A stretch of DNA of 64,000 nt. Source: Octopus sinensis (Eukaryota). The notes below the pieces were generated by a model. It ran no database searches, had not been told where the DNA came from, and saw nothing but the letters and a program-made list of their open reading frames with translations. Numbering within the stretch: position 1 is the first letter of the stretch; the number at the start of each line of letters is the position of its first letter. Below are positions 23,908 through 37,344 of this stretch, piece after piece. Where the stretch lies: positions 17,794,001-17,858,000 of the forward strand of contig NC_042997.1 of the NCBI RefSeq assembly GCF_006345805.1, written 5' to 3'. Both the position numbers and the translations under genes were made by a program.

Positions 23908-26126
23908 CACTGGTTTACAGAGAAATTGAGGCAAACAGAAAAATAGTTGTTCAAGCCTAATTTTGGGGTACTGATTTCAGAAACAAAACCAGTTTTCACT
24001 CATCACTTCTAAATTTTGAGGTATACATTATTATGATTTTGCGACAGTTCACATAACCATATATATGATCAATTCTTATTTTGTTTTCCAGATTTTTGTG
24101 ATACACATGATACATATCTCTACATGGTTTCAGGTACTTTAAAACACCAAGGATGCATCAACAAGGCAAATTCATTCTGCTATGTGTGTGAGGATTTCAA
24201 AACAGTTGCACAGTGCCAAACAATTACTTCTCTCCTGAGAATTGCTTACTTTCATTATTTTGACTGTAAAATTGGAGATCAGGACAAATCCTGGGCCCCA
24301 CACATCTGTTGTAAACCCTGCTACCGTGGACTAACTGTATGTATGGTTTAACAACAAGAAAGCAGCCTTCAATTTTGCTGTCCTGATGGTCTGGAGAGAG
24401 CCATGAATCCATGCAGATGGTTGTTATTTTTGTCTAACAAATATAACAGGTTTCAATGCTTCTTCTAAGAAAAAGCTCAAATATCCCAACCTTCCCTCAG
24501 CTATGAAACCCATTTCCCACTCAGACGATTTCCCTGTCCCTAAACCCCTCCCCCCAAAATAAGGATCTTCTTCCTTCATCAGATGAAGAAATGCCTTCAG
24601 GGTAAGATTCTGCCAAGTCGATCTCTTCTGAAGACAATGTTTATTCAGGAACAAGTGGCAATGAGCCCCATTGGATCATGCCGGAAGACCTGAATGACCT
24701 TGCCTGTGATTTGTATCCATCTAAGCAGCCATCAGAGCTCCTGGCATACTGGCTTAAGCAGTGGAACCTGGTCAAGTGGAAACTGGTAGGGATCATCAGT
24801 TTCAGGAGATGGAACCAGGGCTTTGCTTCATTCTTCAACATGGAAAACAGGTTGTGCTACTGCACAAATGTCTCTGGCTTGTTCACTTTCCTTGGTTTCC
24901 CACACAATCCCTCAGACTGGCGTCCTTTCATAGACTCTTCAAAGTGAAGTCTGAAGGCTGTGCTCCTGCACAATGTGAATAAATACCCCAGCATTCCCAT
25001 TGCCTACTCAGTCCATCTGAAGGAGTTGTATAAGAATATGGAGCTCCTATTGGAAGCTGTCAAGTACAACCAGTATTAGTGGAGTCTCTGTGGGAACCTC
25101 AAGGTCATTGGGCTCTAAGGGGTATGCAAACAGGCTTCACAATGTAATGTTGCTTTCTCTGACTCTTGAACAGTCAGGCTGTGTCTAAGCAGTACGAGCA
25201 GAAGGACTGTGGATCTAGGGGTACTTTCATGCCTGATGAACACAGTGTCCAAGAAAATCCTCTGGGGGACATGAACAATGTGTTTCTTCCTCCTCTTCTT
25301 ATCAAGCTTGGTTTAATGAAGAATCTTGTGAAGACCATGGACAAAAATGGCACTACCTTCCAACACTTGTGCACTCTGTTCCCAGATCTGAGTTCTGCAG
25401 AGCTCAAGGAGGGCATCTTCGCTGGAACTCAGATCTGAGAGGTGCTGAAGGATAAGGACTTGAAGGAGCTTCTTACCTTAAAGGAACTGAAGGCATGGGA
25501 AGCATTTAAGTAAGTCTGTCATGGCTTCCTTGATAACATGGGTACTAGATCACCAAGAGTGTATTGAGAAGTTGTTACAATCTTATGATTATATGGGATA
25601 CTGAATGTCACTCAAAATTCTCATTCTCCCCTGTCACCCCAACTTCTCCCCTCCAAAGCTCAGAGCAATGAGTGATGAGCATGGAGAAAGGTTCCACCAA
25701 GATAATACTAAGATGGAAAGTAACTACCAAGGCAAGTGGAGCCTCAGCATGATGGGGGACTTTTGCTGGATGCTCTTTTATGACATCCTAGAGGCAAAGT
25801 ACACAAGTTCATCCAAAACAAACTCACTTCTAACTGTCTGTTGTACTATGATTTGTGTGTATTTTATTATCCAAGTAATTTAGTTCCATCAATGTTTGGT
25901 ATCTATGCTGTTTTTTTCTGTAATATGCCTTTGTAACAGATGAAATAAGCACATATATTTTGAATTTATATGCAGTATAATTAAAATGGGAAATGTGAAA
26001 GCAAAAAAAAAATAGAGGTGATAGAGCAAAACTGTTCAGAAAATTGAATTCACCACATCAAAATTAGTAAAAAGCACCTGTTCACATCCTTGCCTCAGAG
26101 CAAAAAACAATTTTTGTAAACCAGTG
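23908..26126 (+). mobile_element. Full-length decayed Chapaev3-type (CMC superfamily) DNA transposon, 2219 bp
   Basis: TIRs CACTGGTTTACA...TGTAAACCAGTG with a perfect 3-bp TTA TSD (23905-23907 and 26127-26129). Transposase remnants: FCYVCE..GDQDKSWAPHICCKPC, WREP..H..CYFC, FIDSSK.SLKAVLLHN, LPPL.IKLGLMKN.VK, SDEHGERFHQD. Multiple stops and frameshifts. Confidence 0.9.
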
Positions 26127-26147
26127 TTAATTTTGAAAGACAGTTAT

Positions 26148-26290
26148 CACTATCACCATCCTTTTTATGTCTGTTTTTCCCTGATGGCCAAGGTTGGATG
26201 ATTAGATTCAATATTGCATCTCTCCAATTGTCATGATCCTTTGTCATCTCCTTTGTGAAGCTAAACATTCTGAGATCACTCCTCATTACT
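26148..26290 (-). mobile_element. RTE LINE extreme 3' end with SINE-B-like tail
   Basis: The minus strand reads MRSDLRMFSFTKEMTKDHDNWRDAIL, then tccaaccttggccatcagggaaaaacagacataaaaaggatggtgatagtgat. Confidence 0.55.
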
Positions 26291-29200
26291 TTTAGTCACA
26301 ACTTCTTTAGTTTTATATTTTCGTTAAATTTCTACTTCAATCATTTGACATTTTTCACTCAAGACCTGTCTGTCAGAGTGAAAGTGAGATCCTAAAAGCA
26401 TTAGGTTTATGTCTACACACTTACTGGGCCCTGTTCCTGCACCCAATTTATCCTTGTCAAGCTTTCTCAATCTCTCGTCTTTTAACACCCATTCCTCCAT
26501 CACTGCTTTAGCAATGGCACTATACAGCTGCTGTAATCATATGACAGCAAACACTGCACATATTACTTTCCCTTTATGCTACTTGTTACTTCTGCCTGGA
26601 ATCGCTATCACTCATCCTATTTTTTATTTTCCACTACTCACTCACCCTTTTCTCTGCATCTAGCAATCTCTCCCTCTTCTTCGAGTAACATTTTAGGGCT
26701 GCTGTATCTCATCTCTAACAACCTCTCATATTTGATACTACTCTCATCACCCCCTCATATCTGTTCCAGGTCACTATAGTCACCGCTTCATATCTCTGAA
26801 TTCTATCTCTGTACATTTCTCACTCTCTCACCCCCACCTATTTTCTAATATCTTTACACACTTTCCCTATTTTCTGATCTGCTCACAGACTTATAATACT
26901 GCAACTCTCCAACCACTTCTTTTACTGCCATTAATTACCCACTTCTTTCTGAGCTATTTCATATACATCCTCCCTCACATTATACTTATCATCAACCACA
27001 CATCCACCCTTGTACATTACTCACTATATAAACATCTACCCCACTCTCTAAGCACCTAATACTCTTCTCTCCCACTTCTGTGAACTTATCTACCCACATC
27101 TCTCCTTCCTCAGTCCATATTCCATCTTATGCTCACTTTCTTGTACATTGACTGTATGTTCCACCTTTTCCTCTCCTCCTCCTCCTCCCCTACCTCCTCC
27201 TCTACCTCCTCCTTCCCATCTACCTCCTCCTATTCATCCACCACCACCACCACCACCACCACCACCTCCTCCTCTTCCTCCTCGTCACCTCACCCCTCCT
27301 TCCCTTGCCCCCTCCTCCCCTCCGCTCCTCCTTCCTCCTCTCCTCTTCATCCATCCTCTCCTCCGTTCCTCTTCCCTCCTCCTCCTCCTCACCATCATCA
27401 TCATAATTTTCATCATAAGATTAACAACCACTGTTCTATGCTTGCATGGATTGGACAGAATATGCTGAGGCAGATTTTCTACAGCCAGATACCTTCCTAT
27501 TGCTAACCCTCACTTGTTTCCAAGAAAGATAAATTTCCCTATGACTAAACATGTTCTCACAGAAAATTGGAAACAAAGGGTACCGCTTCTACGATGAAAC
27601 TTGTTTACAACTTCTACAATTTAAAGACAAGAACACACTAACATACTCATACATACACATACACACATATGATTTATACAAATATACATACAATGATCAT
27701 CTTACAGTTTTTATCTACCAAATCAATTCACAAGGTTTAGTTGCCCAGGGGCTATAGTAGAAGACATTTATCCAAGATGTCATGCTGTAGTTGGGAAGAA
27801 AACTTCTTAACCAGATATCCACACATATAGACAAGAAACGTATCTTAAAATGTAAATGATGATGGTGATGTCAATGTTGATGATGGCAACAATGGTGATG
27901 ATGTTGCCAATAAGAATGACGACGACGACGACGACGATGATGATGATGATGACAGTGATGTTACTGCAACTGACGATGATGATTATGATTATGATGAAGA
28001 CAATAATAACAACAGTGTTTGATTGTTCTAAAAATTATTTTTATATTTTCTTTATTTCTTCTGCACAACATTATTTCTTACTTTAACCACTTCTGATACA
28101 TTTATTTAGCATTTTTATTTCTACTTCAATATGTCTAATCTAAAGTAATGTATATTCAGTCTATAATGCTTTTTATTACTGACAAATTCTCAGTGCTGAT
28201 GTCAAATTATATCAATGGAAATAAAACTTCTATGTATATTATAACATGTATATTATACATAAATAAATGTAGATTGTAAGGGATAAAAAATAAAAGACAG
28301 GCTATAAGTTGCATCAGGATAAGTGATCAGTCTTTAGTCTACCTGCTCATATGGCTGGAGCTTATCCATACTTTCAAGGTATTTAAAGTGACAACATAAG
28401 ACTTCCCACTGAATGTGATTCCGCTCTGTTGCAACATTAACCCCAAAGTGCCACTGGTAATCATTTACATCTCAGTGTACAAGGGCCATCATAACAACAT
28501 TATGGGCTCCCAGGCAAATCCTTATACTGAGCCCTAAAGCATTTATTTATTTATTCATAACAATCATAGTATACATCATCATCATCCTTTAATGTCCATT
28601 TTCTATTCTGGCATGGATTGGATGGTTTGACCAGAGCTGGTAAAATGGAGAGCTGCATCAGGTTCCAGTCTGTTTTGTCTTGGTTTCTATGACTGAAGGC
28701 TCTTCCTAACACCAACTACTTTTCAATGTATGCTGGTTACTTTTAACATGGTGCCAGAACAAGTGCTTTTATGTGACACTGGCACGAGTGCTTTTTACAT
28801 GACGACACCAACACAGGATTCTCACCAGGGGAGTAACCTTAACACTTCTGCTGTGGGCTATGGGTGTTTTTGAGTATATATAGATCACAATTGGGATCCT
28901 AGGCTAGTGAAAGTTCCTTGGTCGCTGCTCAGTGTATCCATGCTCTAAGATAGCACTGAGTTCACTGACAATATAAAATGAAGTACATTGTTCAAGGACA
29001 CAACAAACTGCCTGTCTGAGAATATAACATAAACTTATAATCTAACAATCATGAATTTGGTACTCTAGCCTCTGGGCCATGTATCTTCATAGGGTAAGTG
29101 GATAACTTGTATTTTATTCACATTTTAAAGATAAATATTGATTTTATTTGGTTAGATCTGCACTATTCAGGTTCATATATATTAACTATGCATTCTGTTT

Positions 29201-30544
29201 AGCCCAATGAAAAGGATAGAAAACCTGAATCAAGTTGGATTTGAATAGAGAAAATGAAGAAACCTAAAAGGCTGAATCACTTGGTGTAAAGTATTGTTCT
29301 GTCTTAGCCATCTTCATTAGTTGCTTTACCAAAACCTTGAAAGAGAAATTAAGATTTGAATTACTAGCAAAATAAATAAACAAATAATTAAGGTGTGGTT
29401 CCTTTGATAATTAAAGGATGATTGTTAATGAAATTTCTTGTTGCAGCCTAATTCCTTACATTTATATTTTATTAGTTTTCTGTTTGAAATATTTTTTCTT
29501 CATTTTCCTTTAATTACCTTTATGTGTTGTCTAATTCTTGAGAATTCCATCCATGCCAAAGTAACTTACTACAATTAATGGTATGCAACCAATAGTTGAT
29601 TGATATCATTAGTTGTTTCAATGTATTAGTCGTATCAATATAAATAGCCCCTCCTCCTCATCATCATCATTATCATTATCTCCATCCTTGTTCTTATCCT
29701 CATCATTACAACCATCATCACAATAACCATTATCAGTTATTTAATTTTCACACAATAGTGTATTTGTGTATGGCAGTGTGTCTCTGTGTGTGAGAATATT
29801 AATGTGTGTATGTGCATATGTATGTGTTTGTTTGTGTGTGCACGTGTGTATGCATGAGTGCATGTGCATGCATGCATACACATGTGAGTTCACGTATGTA
29901 GATGAGCTTGTGTTTTAGCAAATGATTAATTTTTTTCACCATCATTAAGGGTTTATGATCCAACATTTGTTGATTGTAAGGATCTAATAGAATGGCCTAA
30001 ATTGTTTAAAATATAGCACAGTATCGATTTTATAAAATAAGGTAAACAGCCGTGATAACCACTATAGCCATCCTCCTTCACCTCCTCCTACTCCTCATCC
30101 TCACCATCCCCACCATCACTGCTGCCATTTCCACCACTGCATCATCATTATCATTATCATTACTATCATCATCATTGATACCATCAGCAAAACTGCAATT
30201 CATTGCAATGATCAGCTTAAACATTATCACTGCTACCGCTCAGAACCCCTACTACCATCATCTTAGACAATAGGAATTTCAAACTACCTATCATCAAGCT
30301 GGGCCTGCTTGAAATAACAGTGAGATCTTCCTCAAATTAGACCCTACTTTCTTAAGAAAAGTAATGACACATTGGATCAAAGTTGTCTTGTGGGGTAAAA
30401 AATGGCATTATAATGTCCACTAGTGTTACCTGAAACAATAAGCTTTTTAAACCACATACCTGCACAACTTAGTATTGTTATCACTTCTATTATTCTTAGC
30501 AATAAAACAGAACAGCAGAGGAAACATTATAATGGGTACACATG

Positions 30545-30616
<72 letters not shown>

Positions 30617-31145
30617 CACACACACACTCTAAGACTACCAGTCTTTCTCTAAATCAATGATGGTGAACTATTTTAGCTCAGCATGTTGAAGTTGCAATCT
30701 CTTTGATAATCTTATTACTGGAGTGACACTTCACTTCTATGTATGTATATATTTTTGCTATGCTACCAACATATGATAGAATATGTCTATGAATATATCA
30801 GTCAGCTCTGCATGTTACAATGAATGTAAACAAACGTTTATACAATATGTTTGTAAACAGAAAAAAAAAAAATGACAACAGTTGTACATGCATGTTTTCA
30901 TTCTAGAAGAGTCTCTTTGTCAGTAACAATGCATTCTCTACAACAATCCAGAAACACATTGCTTATAAACTATCAAATACTACAGGATAAAATAAACTAG
31001 GATAGATCAATTTTCATATTTAATACTTTCTTGGTAGCTGGTTCAGTTACTAATTCGCTGGTGTGTTAACTGTGTTTTGTTTCATTGATATAGTGTACTA
31101 AAGAACATATCCTCCTTCTCCTCTGCCACCTCCCCCTCTCCTCCC

Positions 31146-31187
<42 letters not shown>

Positions 31188-32339
31188 GCCGTTCAAGAAT
31201 TTGGACCTGGAAATCTCCATTTCCAGCAACTTCGAAGCCACCTCCCAATGGTGTCGGGCATCAACGAAGAGCCCTTGACTACAACAAGACAATCAAAGTT
31301 TTTTTTTTCCAAGGTCTGGGGGTCTCCCGCCCCTAAGCCCTAGACCATCACCTAATCACCCTTACCCATCTTGTTGCTTAACAGCAACAACAACAACAGC
31401 AGCAGCAGCAGCAGCAACAACAACAATGACAACAACAACAACAATAACAACAACTACAACCATCACAAGCACCACAAGCTCCACGACCACCACTACCATC
31501 ATTATCATGACTTTCTGTGCTATTATGTATCAGATGGAATTCTTTGGCCAGAAGCTCTCACCTGTTGCCAGCCCTTACCTGTTTCCAAGCAATGCAATAT
31601 TTCTTTGTAGGTGAACATGTTTTTATGGAACATTGGAAATGAGGTCACTATTTGTTTATAAAGTGACACAAACACCATACACTTATACTAAATATATGAG
31701 AGGTTATTTCGTTTTCCACAGACGAAATCCACTCAAAAAGCTTAGGTCAGCATGGGGCTACAACTGAAGACACTTGCTCAAGGTGCTGTTCAGTAGGAAT
31801 GAACCCAAAGTGATGTGGTTGGGAAGTAAACTTTTCAACCATACAGCCAACACTATTTGTAATAAATGTAAACAATACTTTTATACAATATGTTTGAGGA
31901 CAGAAAAAAGATTCCAACTAGAATTGACATGGAGATATACAGCTGTTCTTTCTTTTTATATTTGCAAGTATATCACATAGAAGTATGATTTACATTTGTG
32001 TGCATACGATGTTGGCTAATAGATATGTAGAGATGTACATTATAGCAATAGAAAGAAACTTTTTTATCCACTAGTAATTCAACATATTTCTTTGCTTTAA
32101 GTAGATGCTTACAGATATATGCATCTGCCTTTATGGCATGACATGTGTAGGTGTGACTATATGGTTTGGTTAATAAACCTGCTTCTCAACTATGTGATTT
32201 TAGCTTTAGTCCCAATGCACGACACCTAGAGCTAGTGTCCTCTACTACAATGCTGGGTCAACCAAAGTGCAGTGAACCGATTTGGCAGACAAGCTAAAAG
32301 AAACCTGTTGTGTCTATGTTCACAAACATCATCATCATA

Positions 32340-32445
32340 ATACTAGCTACGGCTGTACATATTCTAAAATCAGAATGATACAGAGAAGATTAGCATGGCC
32401 CCTGCACAAGGATGACATGAAAATTTGTGAAGCGTTCCATATTTT
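32340..32445 (+). pseudogene. U6: Full-length U6 snRNA pseudogene (106 nt)
   Basis: atactagctacggctgtacatattctaaaatcagaatgatACAGAGAagattAGCatggcccctgcacaaggatgacatgaaaatttgtgaagcgttccatatttt is colinear with metazoan U6. The ACAGAGA box and AGC triad are intact. About 14 differences from human U6 as I recall it, several of them CpG-type transitions. Confidence 0.92.
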
Positions 32446-32450
32446 CTATA

Positions 32451-32627
32451 GGCATAGGAGTGGCTGTGTGGTAAGTAGCTTGCTTACAAACCACATGGTT
32501 CTGTGTTCAGTCCCACTGTGTGGCACCTTGGGCAAGTGTCTTCTACTATAGCATTGGGCCGACCAAAGCCTTGTGAGTGGATTTGGTAGATGGAAACTGA
32601 AAGAAGCCCGTCGTATATATGCATATA

Positions 32628-32687
<60 letters not shown>

Positions 32688-32885
32688 TTTGTCCTCCCCA
32701 ATATCGCTTGACAACCAATGGTGGTGTGTTTATGCACCTTTAACTTAGTGGTTCGGCTAAAGGGACCGATAGAATAAGTACTAGGCTTACAAAGAATAAG
32801 TCTTGGGGTTGATTTGCTCAACTAAAGGCAGTGCTCCAGCATGGCCATGGTCAAATGACTGAAACAAGTAGAAGAGTAAAAGAGT
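32451..32885 (+). mobile_element. Full-length SINE family A directly 3' of the U6 copy
   Basis: ggcataggagtggctgtgtggtaag (A-box-like), gttcagtccc (B-box-like), internal (TG)n, and agagtaaaagagt tail. Confidence 0.9.
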
Positions 32886-33679
32886 ATAATTATCATCACC
32901 ACACAGGAATCGCTGTGTTCAAGGACTGCATCAAACTCCAGTATCTGCTTTGGCATGAGTTTTATGACTGGATGCCCTTCCTAATACCAACCTCTTTACA
33001 GCTTGAACTGGGTGCTTTCTTTTTTGCACTACCAACACTATTCAGGTTAGTATGCAGTTTTCAGAACTATGAGCCCTGAGGTAGGTGGTAGTGGTAAGGA
33101 GGAAGGTCAGGTTTCATGCTAGAGAATGAGGGGATTACTATAAAAGAGGTAGCTAATCTGGTTCCTGTTGAGGGATCTGATGTCTACTCACTTCTAGTAT
33201 AGAAACAAAGTAGAGGAAGAAGAAAAAATAATCTGTAGGTGCTGTAAGACATAGATAATGGTGAAAAGGTGCCTAGGTTGCCTCACAAGGCACAAGCTGA
33301 GTAGAACTAGGAGAGTAGGTGGTTATGTTGTAAGATTATATGAGAAGGTGAATGAGGAGTGTGGGTAGACTGCCAAAATGGGTAAGGTTGAAGAGAGGAT
33401 AAGGCAAGAAAAACGCTATGAGCTGGGGATGATAAAGGGATACAGGAGAGTGGGAGACAGTGACTAATAGGTGTAGCAAAAATAATACAGTTGCTGGTGG
33501 AGAGAGGACAAGAAAGAGAGCAAAGGAAGAGGTAGACATAGTATATAGGGAATGGGGAGTCACTGTAACAAGTGGAAAGCCAAAAATATAGTGCTTCCAG
33601 AACTCAGTTCTGCTAAGGATGAGGTGGGCGTAAATCTTTTTGAGAACATCATATATATATATATTTATATTTCATTTTA

Positions 33680-34060
33680 GTATTTGGTTTGCATGATTCT
33701 TTATGTGAATTCGTGTGTTGAAGCATATTTTATTGTGTCTTGGGAGAGTCATTCTCTTATAGTGCCTTGTTACTTAACACACTCACCAGTTCGATTTCCA
33801 CTCATTTACTTACTTATTTTTTCTAAAATTTTCGTTGCATCTTGCAACCTTTTCAATAGTCGTTGACAAAAAGCATTCCTCCATACTCTGCCAATTGCCA
33901 AAGACCAACATGGAGGCACACTGGGTCAACTTGACATCTGCATTTTATCCAAGCACCCAAAGGATCCAACACTCAGACAAATACAAGAGTACATCCTCAT
34001 AAATGAAACATCTCCATTATTGAATAGGAAATATACATAGAAGGCAGTCATACCCAAATG
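33680..34060 (+). mobile_element. Penelope-like element 3' remnant (GIY-YIG C-terminus-like)
   Basis: The plus frame at about 33900-34040 reads DQHGGTLGQLDICILSKHPKDPTLRQIQEYILINETSPLLNRKYT*, resembling the R.I.E...I....P.LN end of Penelope endonucleases. A hairpin-plus-GAAA motif lies on the opposite strand just upstream. Confidence 0.45.
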
Positions 34061-34105
34061 CCCACAGCTTATATGCAGGTAGAGTTGTTCGTAGGCTGTT
34101 ATGTA

Positions 34106-34142
<37 letters not shown>

Positions 34143-34425
34143 GATATATATATATATATATATATAGGTAAATGGATATGTAAGTAAACAGATAGATAGG
34201 TACATAGGTAATACGAACAGACAAGTACACACACATACACACATGCATACGCGAATGAAGACTGAAACACATGACCATATACACATATACACACTTTACA
34301 TACAGGGATATATATGGAGATACACATCTATACATAACAGACACATGTACATAGTCACACAAACATGAACACACAAACACATGAATATGCAGAATACATA
34401 CATACAAACATACATACATGCATAC

Positions 34426-34480
<55 letters not shown>

Positions 34481-35626
34481 ACATTCTTTTCTTTGTAGTT
34501 TGATCGTTGATGATCTATTTCTAGCATGCGGCCGACTACCTAGTGGTTTTGCCCTTTGAATATATATATATACACACACACACACACATACATGCATACA
34601 TACATACATACATACATACATACATACATGCACACATACATACACATGCACACTGATGCACACATGTCTGGCATAGAAAATTTGCTTCCACAAATTCTAT
34701 TTAACCCATGATGATGATGTTGGGAGATTTTCAAAATCCATTGTTTATCTCTGATAAACCTACAACATGTCGCAGCTGACACACATATAAGTTCATTATC
34801 ACTGCACTTGGAGGAACTTCAACATGATCATTCTACCTGTCAGAAATAGTTGCCAAATTTCTCTCAAATCAAACTTTTCTATTTTGGGGAAAATGAAAGG
34901 CCATGCTGTCAAAAAGACAACATGGTCATGGATGGATATATGTTTAATCATAAGGTCAGTTCAGTCAGGGTTGATTTAGTGCTGAACAACAACCATTCTG
35001 CTTATTTCAATTGTTTTAACTTTATTTGTACTGCTAAGAATACAATGACCTTTTCTTTCCTCCTCCTCTTCTTGCTCCTCGTCGTCGTCGTCATCGTCAT
35101 GTGCTTAGTAATTTACATGTTCTTTGAAAAGTTTGTGCGACTGCGAAGGAGTTAAATATATCTTCTGTATTAATAGTTTTGTGAGAGATTTATTTTCTTA
35201 CAGTTACATTTGAAGTACAATAGCATTTGTTTATGCAATAACAGATAATAGGATATAGGATGGCAGACTATAAATTATTAACATCATTTAATGTCCATAT
35301 TTCATGCTGTCATGGGTTGGACAGTTTGGCAACACCAATGTGCACCAGGACTGCATTGAGCTCCAGGGTTTGCTTTGGCATGGTTTTTGTGGCTGGATGC
35401 CCTTCTAACACCAAACACTTTACAGTGTGGACTGTGTGTTTTTTTTTTTTGTGCCACTTGCACAATTGGAGTTGCCATGCCCTTCACAGAATATGAGTCT
35501 AGAGGCAGATGAGGTATCAGCTTCATGTTAGTAGATGAGGGGGTTGCTGTGAGAGAGGAGGACAGAGCAAATTCCTGCAGAGAGATTTGCATGACTACTC
35601 ACATAAAAGAAACCATAAGTACATCT

Positions 35627-35672
<46 letters not shown>

Positions 35673-37344
35673 TAATATATACATATATATATATATCATC
35701 AGTAAATCATAAATCTGAAAAAGAAGCACGTTCTACAGAATAGATAGAGCAGGAGGAGAAAAAGCCCTGTGGCTGGTTTTCGAACACACAAAGAAGAAAG
35801 GTCAAGCACATGGGATTACCCTGCTTAGATCACTATCCAGAACCCACTCAGTCAACTTGTGGGTGCCAGAATTTCAGTAGGATTTGCCTGAAGTGTAAAC
35901 AAGGTCCAAAGACTATCGAATAGTGTAGCTAGTATTAAATTTGCTTCCACATGTTTTTGACATATTATCATAATTTCTTTGGCTGTGGGATATGTTGATA
36001 TAATATTCTGTTTCTTTGGCTAATCTGAAGTCTAAGAATTTTACATAACCAGAGTGAGAATGAATCTGTTTTGTGAACTTGGCTATTTGAAAAATTTACT
36101 GCCAATCCTGCACCACTTATCATCATTTAATTCCACTTTAATTAAATACCAACCCATTAACTAAGCTACGGTAATTTTTTAAATTTTAATTCTATTTTTC
36201 TGTTACAATAAACATTTTTTTTTATAGCCGGAGGCAATCACTATAGCTAACCCTTCAACCATGGTGTAGGAGTCAACTTGTTGTCAGTCAGAGAAACTGA
36301 GGCAAAGCAGAGGGAGGTGGCATGTTTTTTGCCGAGCAGTATAATAATAGCATCTTTTTTTTTATGCACTTCAGTATCACTTATCTGTGATTTCCAGTAA
36401 TAAAGCTTGTTACATTCTTGTCTCTTGGAAACAATAGAGATGCTTAAAAGAATGAATTAAATGTCAGGAGCTCATTGACCTTCTCTGAACAGACAATGTG
36501 CATTGTTTGACAGGGGCTTATAACTAATTGTGTCATAAAGTGTTCCTTAAAGTATAATGTTTAACTAGAGATCAAATCAGTCTGATGGAGCTCATATCTT
36601 TCTCTCTCCAAGCAACAATCAGATGAACATCTTTACATGATATAAGAAGCTAATAAAATGCTATTGAATTATACATGATTTTTTTGTTCCTGTTGTGACT
36701 TATACCTCTACATAATACCTATTTACATACTGGTATTCTCATATATTTGAGAGTAAAGTGTGTTACTCATAAACATTAGTGATCAGATGATATGATACAA
36801 ACTATTAAGTCCTAAAAATTCAGCTTACTACAATTCTCTAAGTATAGATGTCTCTTATGTAAATACTAACAGGGAGATAAATCTTTTTAAATCCCTTGAA
36901 ATCCACAATTACATTTTGTTATATACTATTTTGTATATATGACTTTAAACTGTCTTCTTTCATATTTATATATGATATAAAGGAATAGGGATTTAAAATT
37001 CAGGCAGCTACCTTATGAGCACTCTAATACAATCCAGATCTGGCTAACCACATTAAAAGATAGGGAACATTTAAAATTGTTTTTAAGATAAACAATTAAA
37101 ATGTACTTCATTTGGTTTGTAAATTCTCAGTTTGTTCATTAGATTTCATGTAGTATTCAGAGTATGTAATCAAGACATCATAAGGAAGAATACATCTTTG
37201 AAATTTATCTATTAAAGTATTTTCTTCAGACTCCATTCTGACATGTGTTTCTGCTGGAAAATTGTCTTAGTGTCCTTTGATAAAGCAGATGTGTACATTT
37301 AGTTGATTGAGATGACCTGGCAACTAAAGTGAGATCACAGCCAT

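Noticed and set aside
32250-32339. Possible U6 promoter (PSE/TATA) upstream of the U6 copy
   Set aside because: The upstream sequence is a decayed SINE A plus (CAT)n with no TATA box near -30, so I treat the U6 as a pseudogene rather than an expressed gene.
35790-35920. Cys-rich frame (DHYPEPTQSTCGCQNFSRICLKC) reminiscent of a piggyBac C-terminal domain
   Set aside because: Too short. No catalytic-domain remnant and no convincing TTAA-CCC termini nearby.
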